Source: Octopus bimaculoides (lineage: Eukaryota). From it: a DNA stretch of 32,093 nucleotides. The stretch is taken from the NCBI RefSeq assembly GCF_001194135.2, contig NC_069008.1:18365278-18397370 (forward strand), written 5' to 3'. The notes under the pieces were generated by a model. The model was not told the origin of the DNA and made no database searches. It saw only the letters and a program-made list of their open reading frames with translations. Positions 22,140 through 32,093 of this stretch are shown in pieces (position 1 is the stretch's first letter; each line of letters starts with the position of its first letter). Made by a program: the position numbers and the translations under genes.

Positions 22140-22600
22140 GGAAATGGCTATTTCATGTTTTCTCACTCTTCAAAGGGAAAGTAAACTTCCTCTGCGAATA
22201 CTGTTTGGCCACAACATTTTATGAGGTGTCGCTCTCCTCCTACTCGGTCCTGCCACATCCCATATCTTCCCTAAGCATTCTCTTAATTCCAGTCCCTTCT
22301 GGATCATAGTCATTTCATTCTTCTCTATATCCAACCTGGACTCTTTGAATGTTACTGCTTCCATTGAAACACCTGTCTCTTTCTCTATGGCACCACTCAT
22401 CTACACAGCCCTAACTCTTCCTTCCATGTCACTTACCACTTCACCTGTGCTACAAACAACGTTACATACTGCATATAGTACAAAAAAATCTGCGTGGTAG
22501 TATGCAGTGTCCGGTTGGAGATTGGCAGACTGTTTTGAAGAGAATCTTTCAAACATCTGACACAACTTCAAATAGTTTCTCCACATTTCTAATCTGCCCC
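22140..22600 (-). mobile_element. Highly decayed RTE-like LINE fragment
   Basis: RLDIEKNEMTMIQ..ELRECLG...RRR resembles the RTE post-RT 'RLE.NEM.M.RW...ELRERLG...RRLRW' segment; weak. Confidence 0.4.
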
Positions 22601-23174
22601 TACACACACACACAAATTCTCAATGGAACACTGCAGACATTATAACTTCAAAAAATGTAGCATACAGTGTCAGGTACTAGAGCAGAACATTTAGCCTTTA
22701 ATTGTTTCGCATTAAAACTTGCTTATATTTATAAAATATTCAGGTCATTTTGGAACTAAGCAGCTAGAAAACATTTACTGATGGCAACTGAGCCTCACCG
22801 CGCCATAATGCTCGAATTAATTCAGTATGAGTGCACAAAGCAAAGAGGATCCAATCAATGATAAAAACAGAATGGAGTACGTAAAGCAAGAATACAGACG
22901 CGTGTTTTCCAGAAATTCCAGCATACTGTCATGAGATGCTGTGTTTTGATTACTGCTTTCTCTGTAGCTCCTGTTGAGTGCAAACAACCAAGGTGTTATC
23001 TCCCAAAGACATGGCAAAAAAGCTTGGCGAATCACTGTCTTGTACTCCGTTGGCGTCACTTGGAGCTTAGTGTATTATTATGCACAAAGATAAATTCATT
23101 TTCTGGACGGGATGCAGGAGGAAAGAGTGAGAGAAAGTTATGGCGAAAGAGTCAGCAAAAGTTTGTTATTACCT

Positions 23175-23251
23175 TTTGCTAGAGCCGCCCATCTCAGATT
23201 CGAAGCCGCGATCCCGAGTCCGCTGCTCTAGCCCATAGGCCATGTAACTCC
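23175..23251 (-). mobile_element. tRNA-like SINE head
   Basis: Minus strand GGAGTTACATGGCCTATGGGCTAGAGCAGCGGACTC...GCTTCGAATCT: A box (23232-23242) and B box (23196-23206); no cloverleaf 3' arm. Confidence 0.6.
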
Positions 23252-24688
23252 ACATAATTACCTCTATTAAGAATAAAAAATAACTCAAAATATTTTTGGC
23301 ACTTGAAAAAATATTCATTTTTTAAAATTATTAATTAGAAATTTAAAGATAGGTTATAAAAATTAATAGCAGTACATAATTAGTTATTAGAATAATACAA
23401 AAATTAGTTATATATTACAGTAAAATTTGCTTGAGTTATTACCAAGTCTTCACATTTTTAGTCTTGACCCAATGCCTATTTTTGGCATAATGAATTTGCT
23501 TACCAAATATACTATTCTACTTTGCTAAAAACTTTAGCTATATTGCTACTCCTGACTCTTGCTTTTTTAGTATTCTAGTGTGTAAATATTTTAACAAAAT
23601 GATGGTACCTTTTTTTAATTATAACGTTACTTTGTAAATTAAAATCAAATAATTTTTAATATTCAGATTTTATCTTTAGCTGCGATATTTTAAGTAAAAA
23701 TTTTCTTGTTCTGTACTTTACCAAATGTAATAACTTGCCCTGTACATTTCCAGGTTTATAATCTTAAGAATAGTATTTCCTTTGCTTGCATGTAATCCAT
23801 GTTTTTTCCAGGCTATTATACCATTATGCTAATTAATAATGTGTCAAATGTGTTAATTAGTGGTGGGTGGTGTTGATAATTTTTTCCTGACCTCAAAGAC
23901 GCCGGTGACAGATATTAGAAGACCCCTTATATTCATAAAAAAAGTATAGAACTATATTATCACCCTCAAATTTGAAAAACAAATACGCATAACATTTTCC
24001 TTTTAAAACTTCATTGCATGAGATTGATACCATGAAATTCCTTGAATTGTGTTCTATCATTTAAGCTTAAATAAAATATAGTTTGTTTTTTAAAAAAAAA
24101 AAGTTAATTATACTTAAATCTAATTTTTTGCCTTATATTTTCTTGCATGATATTTTACCTCACAATTTTTAAATACAATTTTTTGGTTGCATGGGAACAA
24201 AACTATGAAATCTTCCAGGCTTTCTTCTATCATTGTAGCTAAGATAAATATATTTTGCTTTATCTCCAATTACTCCCACCACCAACCATGCTGTAAGCCT
24301 TATTACACATTATTTTCTCAACTAATTCATTACTACATATTCTCATGTAACTGCATAGGTTCACTTTCTGTTTCTTATTCTACAGCCACACAAACAACCC
24401 AATATCAACCCTTCCACTTCTGCAACATTTCAACAGTTCGCTTCACCGTTGCCGTCTTCCATTGCAGCTCCTTTCTGAAATGTATCCATTTACATAAATA
24501 TCTCCATTACACCTACATTGATTCAACTGTGAACTGTACGATTTTCCAAGAGAGGTTAGGGCCTGGAATCCTCCATACGGACTCACGACATGTTGCTTAG
24601 TCAAATTAGCCCATCATTTACTCCACAAATGTTTTGTTGTCAATGCTGCACTTCTCCACATCAGATGTTTCACCTATACCAATTTAAT

Positions 24689-24716
24689 CCCGAGCAACGT
24701 CGGGTATCTCTACTAC
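24689..24716 (+). mobile_element. Helitron 3' terminus
   Basis: Hairpin CCCGA-GCAACG-TCGGG followed 8 nt later by CTAC|T (degenerate CTAG|T), the canonical Helitron 3' signature. Confidence 0.7.
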
Positions 24717-24747
24717 TCTATATATAAACCACATATTTCTCTTACAG

Positions 24748-24825
24748 TTGTTCAGTCTGGTGCCATATACACACATTGGGGAAAACAAAATTGCACTTCT
24801 AGAAGATCTATCCAAGTCTATTCAG
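24748..24825 (+). CDS. Exon 3 of the NC1-like gene (start of the conserved domain)
   Basis: TTTCTCTTACAG acceptor, GTAAGC donor; phase 1-1; VQSGAIYTHWGKQNCTSRRSIQVYS(G) matches the family 'G.vY.rWG...C......vY.G' motif. Confidence 0.9.
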
Positions 24826-25226
24826 GTAAGCATATATAATGCTCCAACCCAACATTCGTTATTTGTGTCTCGAGAAGTTCCACACTACAACACAACACAC
24901 TTCTAGATTACTAAACGTTACAAATAGTTTCCCAGAAATAAAACTTGAAGCATGGATTTTACTCAAGATACTATTTTTTTAAAACAACTTTTGATTCGTC
25001 TTCTGAGAAGAAATAAGTGAAAAGTATAATTAATTAACTCTTATTTAATTCACTAGAACCCGATATTGGTTTGTTAACGATAATTGATGAATGTTAATTA
25101 GATTAGAATGCTACATTGGAACAACTGTTCTCCATTGTACTCATTTATTTGATTCATTAGATATTTCAATTTGATTTATAGATTTCAAAAACTAACACTC
25201 AAATCATTTCATATATATGTTGACAG

Positions 25227-25729
25227 GAGTTGCAGCTGGAGCGCATTACACACACAGTGGAAGTGGAAGTAGCTATTTGTGTCTACCAATGAAACCTCAA
25301 TGGGGTAATTACACAAACACTTGTGAAACCGCTGGCGCTATATACGGTGTCGAATACGAACTATCACAATATTCGAAAAGTCCGAAATTTGGAATGTTTG
25401 CACCTAAACCATACGCTTTGCATGATCAGGATGTCCCTTGTGCAGTCTGTGAGACTAAAAGACCTGCTTCAGTTATGATGATTCCAGCTCGAAAAGAATG
25501 TGTTGGTAGATGGCAAAAAGAGTATTCAGGTTATTTGATGAGCGAATATATAAAGCATGCAGGTAGAACTGAATATATATGTGTCGACAAAGAAGCTGAA
25601 GCTAATACCAAAGGATACGAAAATCTGAATGGTGCTCTATTATACCACGTACAAGCTATCGTTGGTTCATTGCCAAGTCCTCCATACGAGAACAATAGAG
25701 AGTTAACATGTGTTGTGTGTAGTAAATAG
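25227..25729 (+). CDS. Exon 4 (terminal) of the 'short-chain collagen C4-like'/spongin NC1-like gene
   Basis: TGACAG acceptor completes GGA; intact 166 codons with GAHYTHSGSGSSYLCLP, YGVEYE, DVPCAVC, MIPARKEC, EYSGYLM, EYICVD, GALLYHV, LP.PPY, ELTCVVCSK*; AATAAA at 25811. Confidence 0.92.
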
Positions 25730-25842
25730 TCAGGTTTATTTCTTCCTGAAATTTATACTAAATATTGAGACATATAATGAAATGAATGATTTTTGTTGAA
25801 CATTTACATTAATAAATAACAATTTAATATGTGGGTTTGGGG

Positions 25843-25887
<45 letters not shown>

Positions 25888-25921
25888 CAAACCAATCTGG
25901 TCCATTAAACAAAAGAAACAT

Positions 25922-26100
25922 AACTATACCATGGGGTGGGAAATAATCAGTACAGCTACACCATACTGTGCATGAGGAGGTAGATGTGAGCTATGTATAA
26001 AGGAAATATCTACCAAATAGTCATATCGAGGCACAAATTACTTAATACCAAACTTGAACAGGCCTTAAGATGCTTGCATAAACATAGCAAAACATTTAAG
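25922..26100 (+). mobile_element. Penelope-like element remnant (C-terminus after the GIY-YIG domain)
   Basis: NYTMGWEIISTATPY..RCELCIKE...LNTKLEQALRCLHKH resembles the PLE 'W.I...a.pY...C.LCl.Ek...LN.r.E...CrH' motif; stop and frameshift. Confidence 0.6.
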
Positions 26101-26766
26101 AAAAGTTCGAGATAGCTCAATGTCTCAGCCACAGTTTTATGGGAAGGATAGAAGAACATACCCTAAATTCAAAATGTCCATAGCCCTTCATAACCTACCT
26201 AACATATATACTATCCATCTTATACTACCAAATATAAATAACACAGTCAATAAATATATGAATAACTAAAAACCTTACATGACAAGCACTACATTTGAAT
26301 ATGAGATTGTCAACTCCTACAATACATAAACAGGTATGCCAAAACAATATCAACCTTGACCTAGTTAGATAGAGTCCTGACTTCGGAGAGCAACAAATAT
26401 GAAACAGGTCAACCGTGCAAGCTTACAATCAGATCAGATCTCAGTTTAAAAACAACTGCCCCTATCTTGCCCTGAACCCTAATTAACCAACTAACGAACT
26501 GTATTTAGTTTGCTTCAAATCTAACCAAATGGACAGACCTTGAAGAAGTTGCACAGAAAATCATGCCTGGTTGCATGTGCAACTGCCTGAACTTTGTGTA
26601 GTGGAAACATATGTAGGTCTTAACAAGTCTAGAAATAATGCTGTTTGAAATTATAAGAGGAAACAAATCATGAGTATGACCAAGTCTCCATATTCTATAT
26701 CACTGATTATGTGTACGTATACATACATTATATATATATACTCTAAACTTTGTCAATTATATATTG

Positions 26767-26819
<53 letters not shown>

Positions 26820-26863
26820 NNNNNNNNNNNNNNNNNNNNNNNNNNNNNNNNNNNNNNNNNNNN

Positions 26864-27104
26864 GTTAACAAGAAGGAGTACGGTTGGACGTTACAATTGT
26901 TTCCACACAGACAGAGGTCATCTTGAAGCCTAGAATGTGAACTTGCGGAGACAATATTCAGATATCGCTTGAGGAAACACAACTAGATCTCATAATGCAG
27001 GGAAACTGTGGAATAATCAAGTACCCGCACACCTGGAGAACTACATTATGTGAAAACAATTGGAGTGATTAAAAAATAAATGTCCAACCGTACTCCTTGT
27101 TGAC
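26864..27104. mobile_element. ~240-bp element with ~27-bp terminal inverted repeats
   Basis: GTTAACAAGAAGGAGTACGGTTGGACGTT versus AATGTCCAACCGTACTCCTTGTTGAC (core AAGGAGTACGGTTGGAC perfectly inverted); left end abuts a gap. Confidence 0.75.
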
Positions 27105-27269
27105 TCAAAATTTCCTTAATTATCTACTCACACACGGCCGATGCCCAAATGCAAACCTGGACGCACGTATAATACTAGATAGCAGAGGGTGGAATCTGAT
27201 GGTGGACAAGCTTTAAACTGTACACTACTACGTTCTTCACATAACAATATATACACATATATGTTTGTA

Positions 27270-27309
<40 letters not shown>

Positions 27310-27699
27310 CCCAGTGTAACCAGAAAAGTTTAAAGCAAGAATTTCCCATTTTGTTGCATTAACCCAAAATTTTGACGACACTACACAATTTTTTATCCTA
27401 TTCAGTTTTATTATTCTTTCCCTGCATTTCCTTGAAGGCTTCTGTCCAAATCGAATAACATTTTTTCCGTCTTTTTATTTCTTATAATTCTTTGCGTTAA
27501 ACCAATTCAATAAATTATAAATCTTCGTTCCCTGGTTGTTTTGTTTCTTTTGTTCCTAGGGCTATTTCCCTACATGTAATAGTGCACAACACTCAAAAAT
27601 CTACATTTCACCTACAGAATGTTCAACAAGAAATATGTGCATAACTGTATGAGTGTCCATACCACAGTGCCAAGTGTCAGGCGAATTTTAACGGAGATT

Positions 27700-28070
27700 C
27701 TTTGCAAGGATTTGACAACGTTTCTCTAAAAGAAACAGAAAATTTCAAAATACAAAGATCTAGAAATAGAGGTATCTCGAACATGGAGCCTAGAAACAGA
27801 AACAATTCCTATTACAGTAGGCACTTTAGGTACAATAAAAGAAACATTCAGACAATCATATAAGAAAAACTCCAGAACTTACAAGTGTATATAGCATACA
27901 GAAAATAGCACTACTAAGCACCGCACACATCTTACGTAAAACGCTTTCAATACAGTGAAAATAAGAGCACCACAATAAACCATAGCACATACCTAAGACA
28001 CAAAGGATGACGAGATCTGAAACTAATATGCAGACACTATTGCATCCAAATTCAAAGAATTTTCTGAATA
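27700..28070 (+). mobile_element. 3' end of an R4/Dong-like RLE LINE
   Basis: DNVSLKETE..SKYKDLEIEVSRTWSLETETIPITVGTLGTIK...IQKIALLSTAHILRKTLSIQ* followed by a 3' UTR. Confidence 0.8.
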
Positions 28071-28429
28071 AAAAGATGTTGAAACAGAGTGGAAGATGCT
28101 GTTTTTTTTTTTTTCCAGCAGTTTCTTCTTTGGTGGTTCTATGCAGCAGAAAGTGGCACAGTGTGGTGTTAAGTGGCAAAAGAACCTCCCTCATTTAAGC
28201 AGGAGGTTAAAGATAAGATGCTATCCAAGAAAAGAAAGAGGTTTATAAAATTTGTCTTGGAAATACATTTCCTCTTTTGCTCATGTTGGACACGAAAAGT
28301 TGCAGAAGAGACAGTAAGAAACATCCAAAGTGAAGTGATGGGAGGGCTTTGAGGTTAGGCTGCACCCTAACCTTAAACTGGCAAATAACAGATTCTGGCA
28401 AACAATCCACTGACTTTCAACTCAGCTAA

Positions 28430-29835
28430 GATTCTTCACTCTGCTGAGAAGAGCGTCCTTGAGAGGCCGAGAGAATACTTTGCTTATCTCCTAAATCTGG
28501 TTACAACAATATCTTCTGGTAGACATACGGAGGAGGAGGAGGTGGATCTAGGAGTGAAGACTCAAGTCATAGAAGTGATGACAGTAATCAAATGTGACAA
28601 GGCCACTGGAGTGGATAAGACATGACAGAGGCTTAGGGATTGACTGACAAATTCTGGTTACCTTTTCAAAATTGCCATCTCTCTCTCCCCTCACACACCA
28701 TGTCTCACTCCCAAACAGCATTGCAAGCTCTCATGCAACTCCTATGCTTCGGTTAATAGTGCTAAGCTGTAACCTTTCAACAGGAGTGTTCGACTTTGGC
28801 AGCGGTGTGCCTTGTTACTTTACCTTTCCATAATCTTAATGAACTGGAATGATGAGCAGCTGTTGTGGAACGGTATCACAACCAGGGGGTGTAGGGCTAT
28901 TCAGCTGATACGGTGCTACTTGGCTCATCCAAAAGGGTGACCTCCAGCATAACCTAAAGGGTTCAATGCCAAAAGCTGCAAAGCAGGGATGAGAATTACT
29001 TTTGTAAAGATTGAGACACTGGACCTCTCGAGAAACTTGTCCCAGTCATAACTGATAAGCAGCAAGAGGTTGCATTGGAAGTTAGAATTGCAGAAGCTGC
29101 AGCAACAATGCATCACTTCCAGCATCCAATCTTCAGTTTGATTTTTGAGCTTGTCTTCATCTACAGTCATGAATATTATGTAAAGACCCAAAAAATATGA
29201 TCATGAACAGGGGCATAGCTAGGGTGGGGCAAGCAGGGTACATGCCCTGGGCACCACTTTGAGTGGGGCACAATTTTGGCCATGAACATTTTCAAATAAA
29301 GCCATAAAAAAAAATTTTTAAACCTTTTCAGGCTTTGATTTGTTTTTCTGATTTTTTTATTTCAATTTTTTAAAACCAGTCATTTTTCCTATGCAAGTCT
29401 CCACTTTTTGGTTTGGGGGTGGTGCAATTTTGATGCTTGCTCTAGCTACGCCCCTAATCATGAATACAAGCAGCAAAAATGGGGTTCCTTTGAAGGAGTA
29501 ACATTACCTGACACTGTGCATAAATTGGAAATCAATGAGTCTCTCCAAGTCAAGCGACAACTTCTCACGGAAAAATCTTGGCTCCAGTATGACAGACATG
29601 CAATTAGAATGTTACCAGAAGGAATTATAAATTGGATTCTTGAAGCTGGGCCAACCAGGATGAGATCTAGCAAGAGACCAAGAACAAGATAGTTTAATAT
29701 CCATAATCTCAGCTGGGCCCATTTGGGAACCCAGTTGGAAAGTTTAATGATGGTTGCTTCTCACAGGACCTTATGGAAGAAGTGTATGAGGACCCTACTC
29801 TCATTCACCACCCAGATACCTTGGACAGACAAGAT
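28430..29835 (+). mobile_element. Decayed RTE-clade (Expander/Rex3-like) LINE fragment, interrupted by a hAT MITE
   Basis: LERPREYFAYLLN, KATGVD, LF(A)DTVLL (YADD-equivalent), GMRI...KIE, RIAEAAATM, IQAAKMGFL, RMLPE, RPRTR motifs in RTE order; internal deletions. Confidence 0.75.
29208..29456. mobile_element. hAT-type MITE (249 bp)
   Basis: TIRs CAGGGGCATAGCTAG / CTAGCTACGCCCCTA (13/15); perfect 8-bp TSD ATCATGAA at 29200-29207 and 29457-29464. Confidence 0.92.
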
Positions 29836-29842
29836 GCATATA

Positions 29843-29985
29843 TATCATCATCATCGTTTAACATCCCTCTTCCATGCATGCATGGGTAGGATGGTTGACA
29901 GGAGCCAGTCAGGTCGAAAAACTACCCTAGGCTACTGTGTGTTTTGGCAGGGATTTTAGGGCTAGAAGATCTTCCTAACAACATG
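29843..29985 (-). mobile_element. 3' tail of a SINE/RTE-related repeat ending in (TGA)n
   Basis: (CAT)n then CGTTTAACATCC...CATGGG...GGCTAGAAGATCTTCCTAAC, a decayed form of the RTE-type tail GGCTGGATGCCCTTCCTAAC. Confidence 0.55.
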
Positions 29986-30877
29986 TATAAAATTGGTTCT
30001 TCAGTAAAGTACCATGTTAAACTCCCTGCAGGGGTATTAAATTCAAGTCTTGAGACACGGTCAACAACCTTTAGCAGAAAACTATGTAGGTAGGTCAAAT
30101 CAATCCTAAGATAGTCGCAGGTGAGGTGTGCAGTACCTGTATACTAAGAGCACTTAATGAGGTACTTGTATATTGAGAGTACCAAGTGAGACTGATACAA
30201 ACACAACAAAACAGCCAAATGGAAGTCAGCAGGTACAGAAAAGAAGAAACATAATTCGTCTTTTTTAACTGTTTTTACTTAAATTCTTATCATCATCATC
30301 ATCATCATCATCATTGTTTATTAAATATCGAAGTAGGTTTAACGAAGTGTCACGGCACAAACACAACACAACCTGTGTCCTCCATGGATTAATTAAACTT
30401 GGTTTGTTCATATCTTTTATAGTCTTTAGTGTTTTATCCCAGAGTAGGGTGTGATGTGTATATATGTAGGTCTCTGTCCCATAGGAGAGAGNNNNNNNNN
30501 NGTGGGTGTGTGGATTTCTGCCCCAGGGTCAAGAGGGAGAGATGACTCCCACCTGTCCAGTCCTCTCAACACAAACATGACAGAGACACTTGAAGCTGCA
30601 CTGATGGAGATTTGAAGATGAAAATATTGACAAGATGGTAAATAACCAGGTCAAGGGTTCAAACTGAATTGCAGCAAAACAATTTCATCGATTGGCACAG
30701 GGCCAAAAAGAGGTAGGGGAGAGGGAGTCGTTTTATAGCAGATTGTTTCAGCCCCCACCCCAAAGATATGGCTGGGGCCTATGTTGTTGAGCCTAAAAAG
30801 GGATGAAAAGTAAATTTGATCAATGAAAGTTAAATACTGGAAGTCATTTAGTCTGGAACCTAATTTCTGCAGTTATT

Positions 30878-31095
30878 ATAATAATAATAATAATAATAAT
30901 ATACACAAGGCCTGAAATTTGTGGGAGGGGGTTCTATGGATTACATCAACCCCTATATTCAAATGGTTCGTTCTTTTATCGACTCCAAAAGGATGAAAGG
31001 CAAGGTTGACTTAGCGATTTGAATTGAGAATGCAAAAAGCCACAACTCAATATCACAAGGCATTTTGTCTGACACTCCACCGATTCAAACAATCC
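30878..31095 (-). mobile_element. Decayed tRNA-derived SINE with (ATT)n tail
   Basis: Plus strand shows TTTTATCGACTCCAAAAGGATGAAAGGCAAGGTTGAC (conserved central SINE domain) and B-box-like ATTTGAATT; (AAT)n run at 30878-30900. Confidence 0.65.
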
Positions 31096-31739
31096 ACTAC
31101 AATTACACCACTTGAGAGAAAGAAAAATTAATTAGAAAGAAATTCTATGGAAAAAAAAAAAATGGGGGGAGGCAAGGGAAGGGGGGGGAGCAGTAGTGGT
31201 GGTGGGATGAGGTAGAACGCCAACACATTCTCTTGTGCTGATGTCAAGGATGCAGTGGTGACACTGGCAGGAGCAGTGGTGGTGGTGGTAGTAGTAATAA
31301 TAATAGCAGCAGCAGCAGAAAGGGGGGGGGGGTCATTTCTACGACACCCAACCTTTCCCCCCGACACACCAACACAACTACTCTGCAGTCTGTTCAGAAA
31401 CAACCCCTCTGCCATGACCACCACTACTAAAAGGGTTCGCTTTGTTTTGTTTAGGGTTTAACCATCAGACAAGGAGAGTGTTGGTGTTGATGTTGTCGTT
31501 GAGGCAGTGGTAATGGTTGCATTCTCAGTAGTAGTGGTGGTGGTGGTGGTGGTGGCGNNNNNNNNNNNNNNNNNNNNNNNNNNNNNNNNNNNNNNNNNNN
31601 NNNNNNNNNNNNNNNNNNNNNNNNNNNNNNNNNNNNNNNNNNNNNNNNNNNNNNNNNNNNNNNNNNNNNNNNNNNNNNNNAGGGAGGGGAGAGGAGGGAG
31701 GGGAGAGGAGGGAGGGAGGGAGAGAAAATGGCTATTTAC

Positions 31740-31829
31740 CTGGGCACTGACTGTCCTCTGGAAGGATTTCTGGTTTGAGTCCTCATTGGAAACGGGGATG
31801 GCATTAGATGGTACCCAGTAGTCAGACAT
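31740..31829 (-). other. Candidate 90-nt symmetric exon of an unidentified minus-strand gene
   Basis: (TC)n tract then CACAG acceptor and CAG|GTAAAT donor; open in two frames (MSDYWVPSNAIPVSNEDSNQKSFQRTVSAQ); no recognised homology. Confidence 0.3.
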
Positions 31830-31913
31830 CTGTGATATGTTTGGTAGTGGTGGGCATGATGAAAGAGAGAGAGAGAGAGAGAAAGAGAGATTAACAGTGA
31901 CATTAACAGACAT

Positions 31914-32093
31914 TTTAAAACACAAACCCCTTCAGGTAGATGGCCCTGCTCAGTATGTAGAAAAGGAGTAGGTAGTAACTCTATAAGATGTACCCGGTGC
32001 AAGCTATGGACACATAAGAGGTGCAGCAACATCAAAGGCAGGTTAACTAGCAAGTTAGTTTTTGTTTGTGGCAGATGTTCAGGTGCAATAAAG
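31914..32093 (+). mobile_element. PHD-finger-encoding segment, probably from an RTE/RTE-X LINE ORF; runs off the window
   Basis: Open frame TPSGRWPCSVCRKGVGSNSIRCTRCKLWTHKRCSNIKGRLTSKLVFVCGRCSGAIK with Cys4-His-Cys3 spacing; this 'WPC..C..GVG.NSI.C..C..W.H.RC' finger is typical of RTE-type LINEs. Confidence 0.75.

Noticed and set aside
20218-23251. tRNA genes at ~20225 and ~23250
   Set aside because: Only A/B boxes without a full cloverleaf, followed by SINE bodies; these are SINE heads.

Overview
AT-rich, repeat-dense animal genomic scaffold with N gaps (main ones 10445-10896, 11770-12521, 13250-13916, 16703-16802, 26820-26863, 31558-31680). The repeat content looks like an octopus/cephalopod genome (inference from recalled repeat families, not from a search). 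Two spliced + strand genes can be rebuilt by hand. (1) The last two coding exons of CFAP144/FAM183 (5207-5310, 9789-9896); their 4.5-kb intron is mostly a 50-bp satellite with higher-order structure. (2) A 4-exon, 256-aa gene (17351-17509, 21982-22012 microexon, 24748-24825, 25227-25729) encoding a signal-anchor, a short Thr/Pro stalk and a 'short-chain collagen C4'/spongin-type NC1-like domain, with no Gly-X-Y repeats seen. Between the genes lies a ~5.5-kb CpG-rich 51-bp satellite with a hairpin in each monomer. The rest is decayed transposons (R4/Dong-, CR1-, RTE- and Penelope-like retroelements, Tc1/mariner, hAT/Charlie, MITEs, Helitron termini, tRNA-SINEs) and microsatellites. Most long ORFs in the supplied track are repeat or gap artefacts. 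I found no CRISPR array or prokaryotic system. The best novelty candidates are the collagen-less anchored NC1-like gene, its IRF-element-rich upstream region and the Helitron ends around it, and the contrasting CpG fate of the two satellites. All homology calls come from motif recognition, not database searches.
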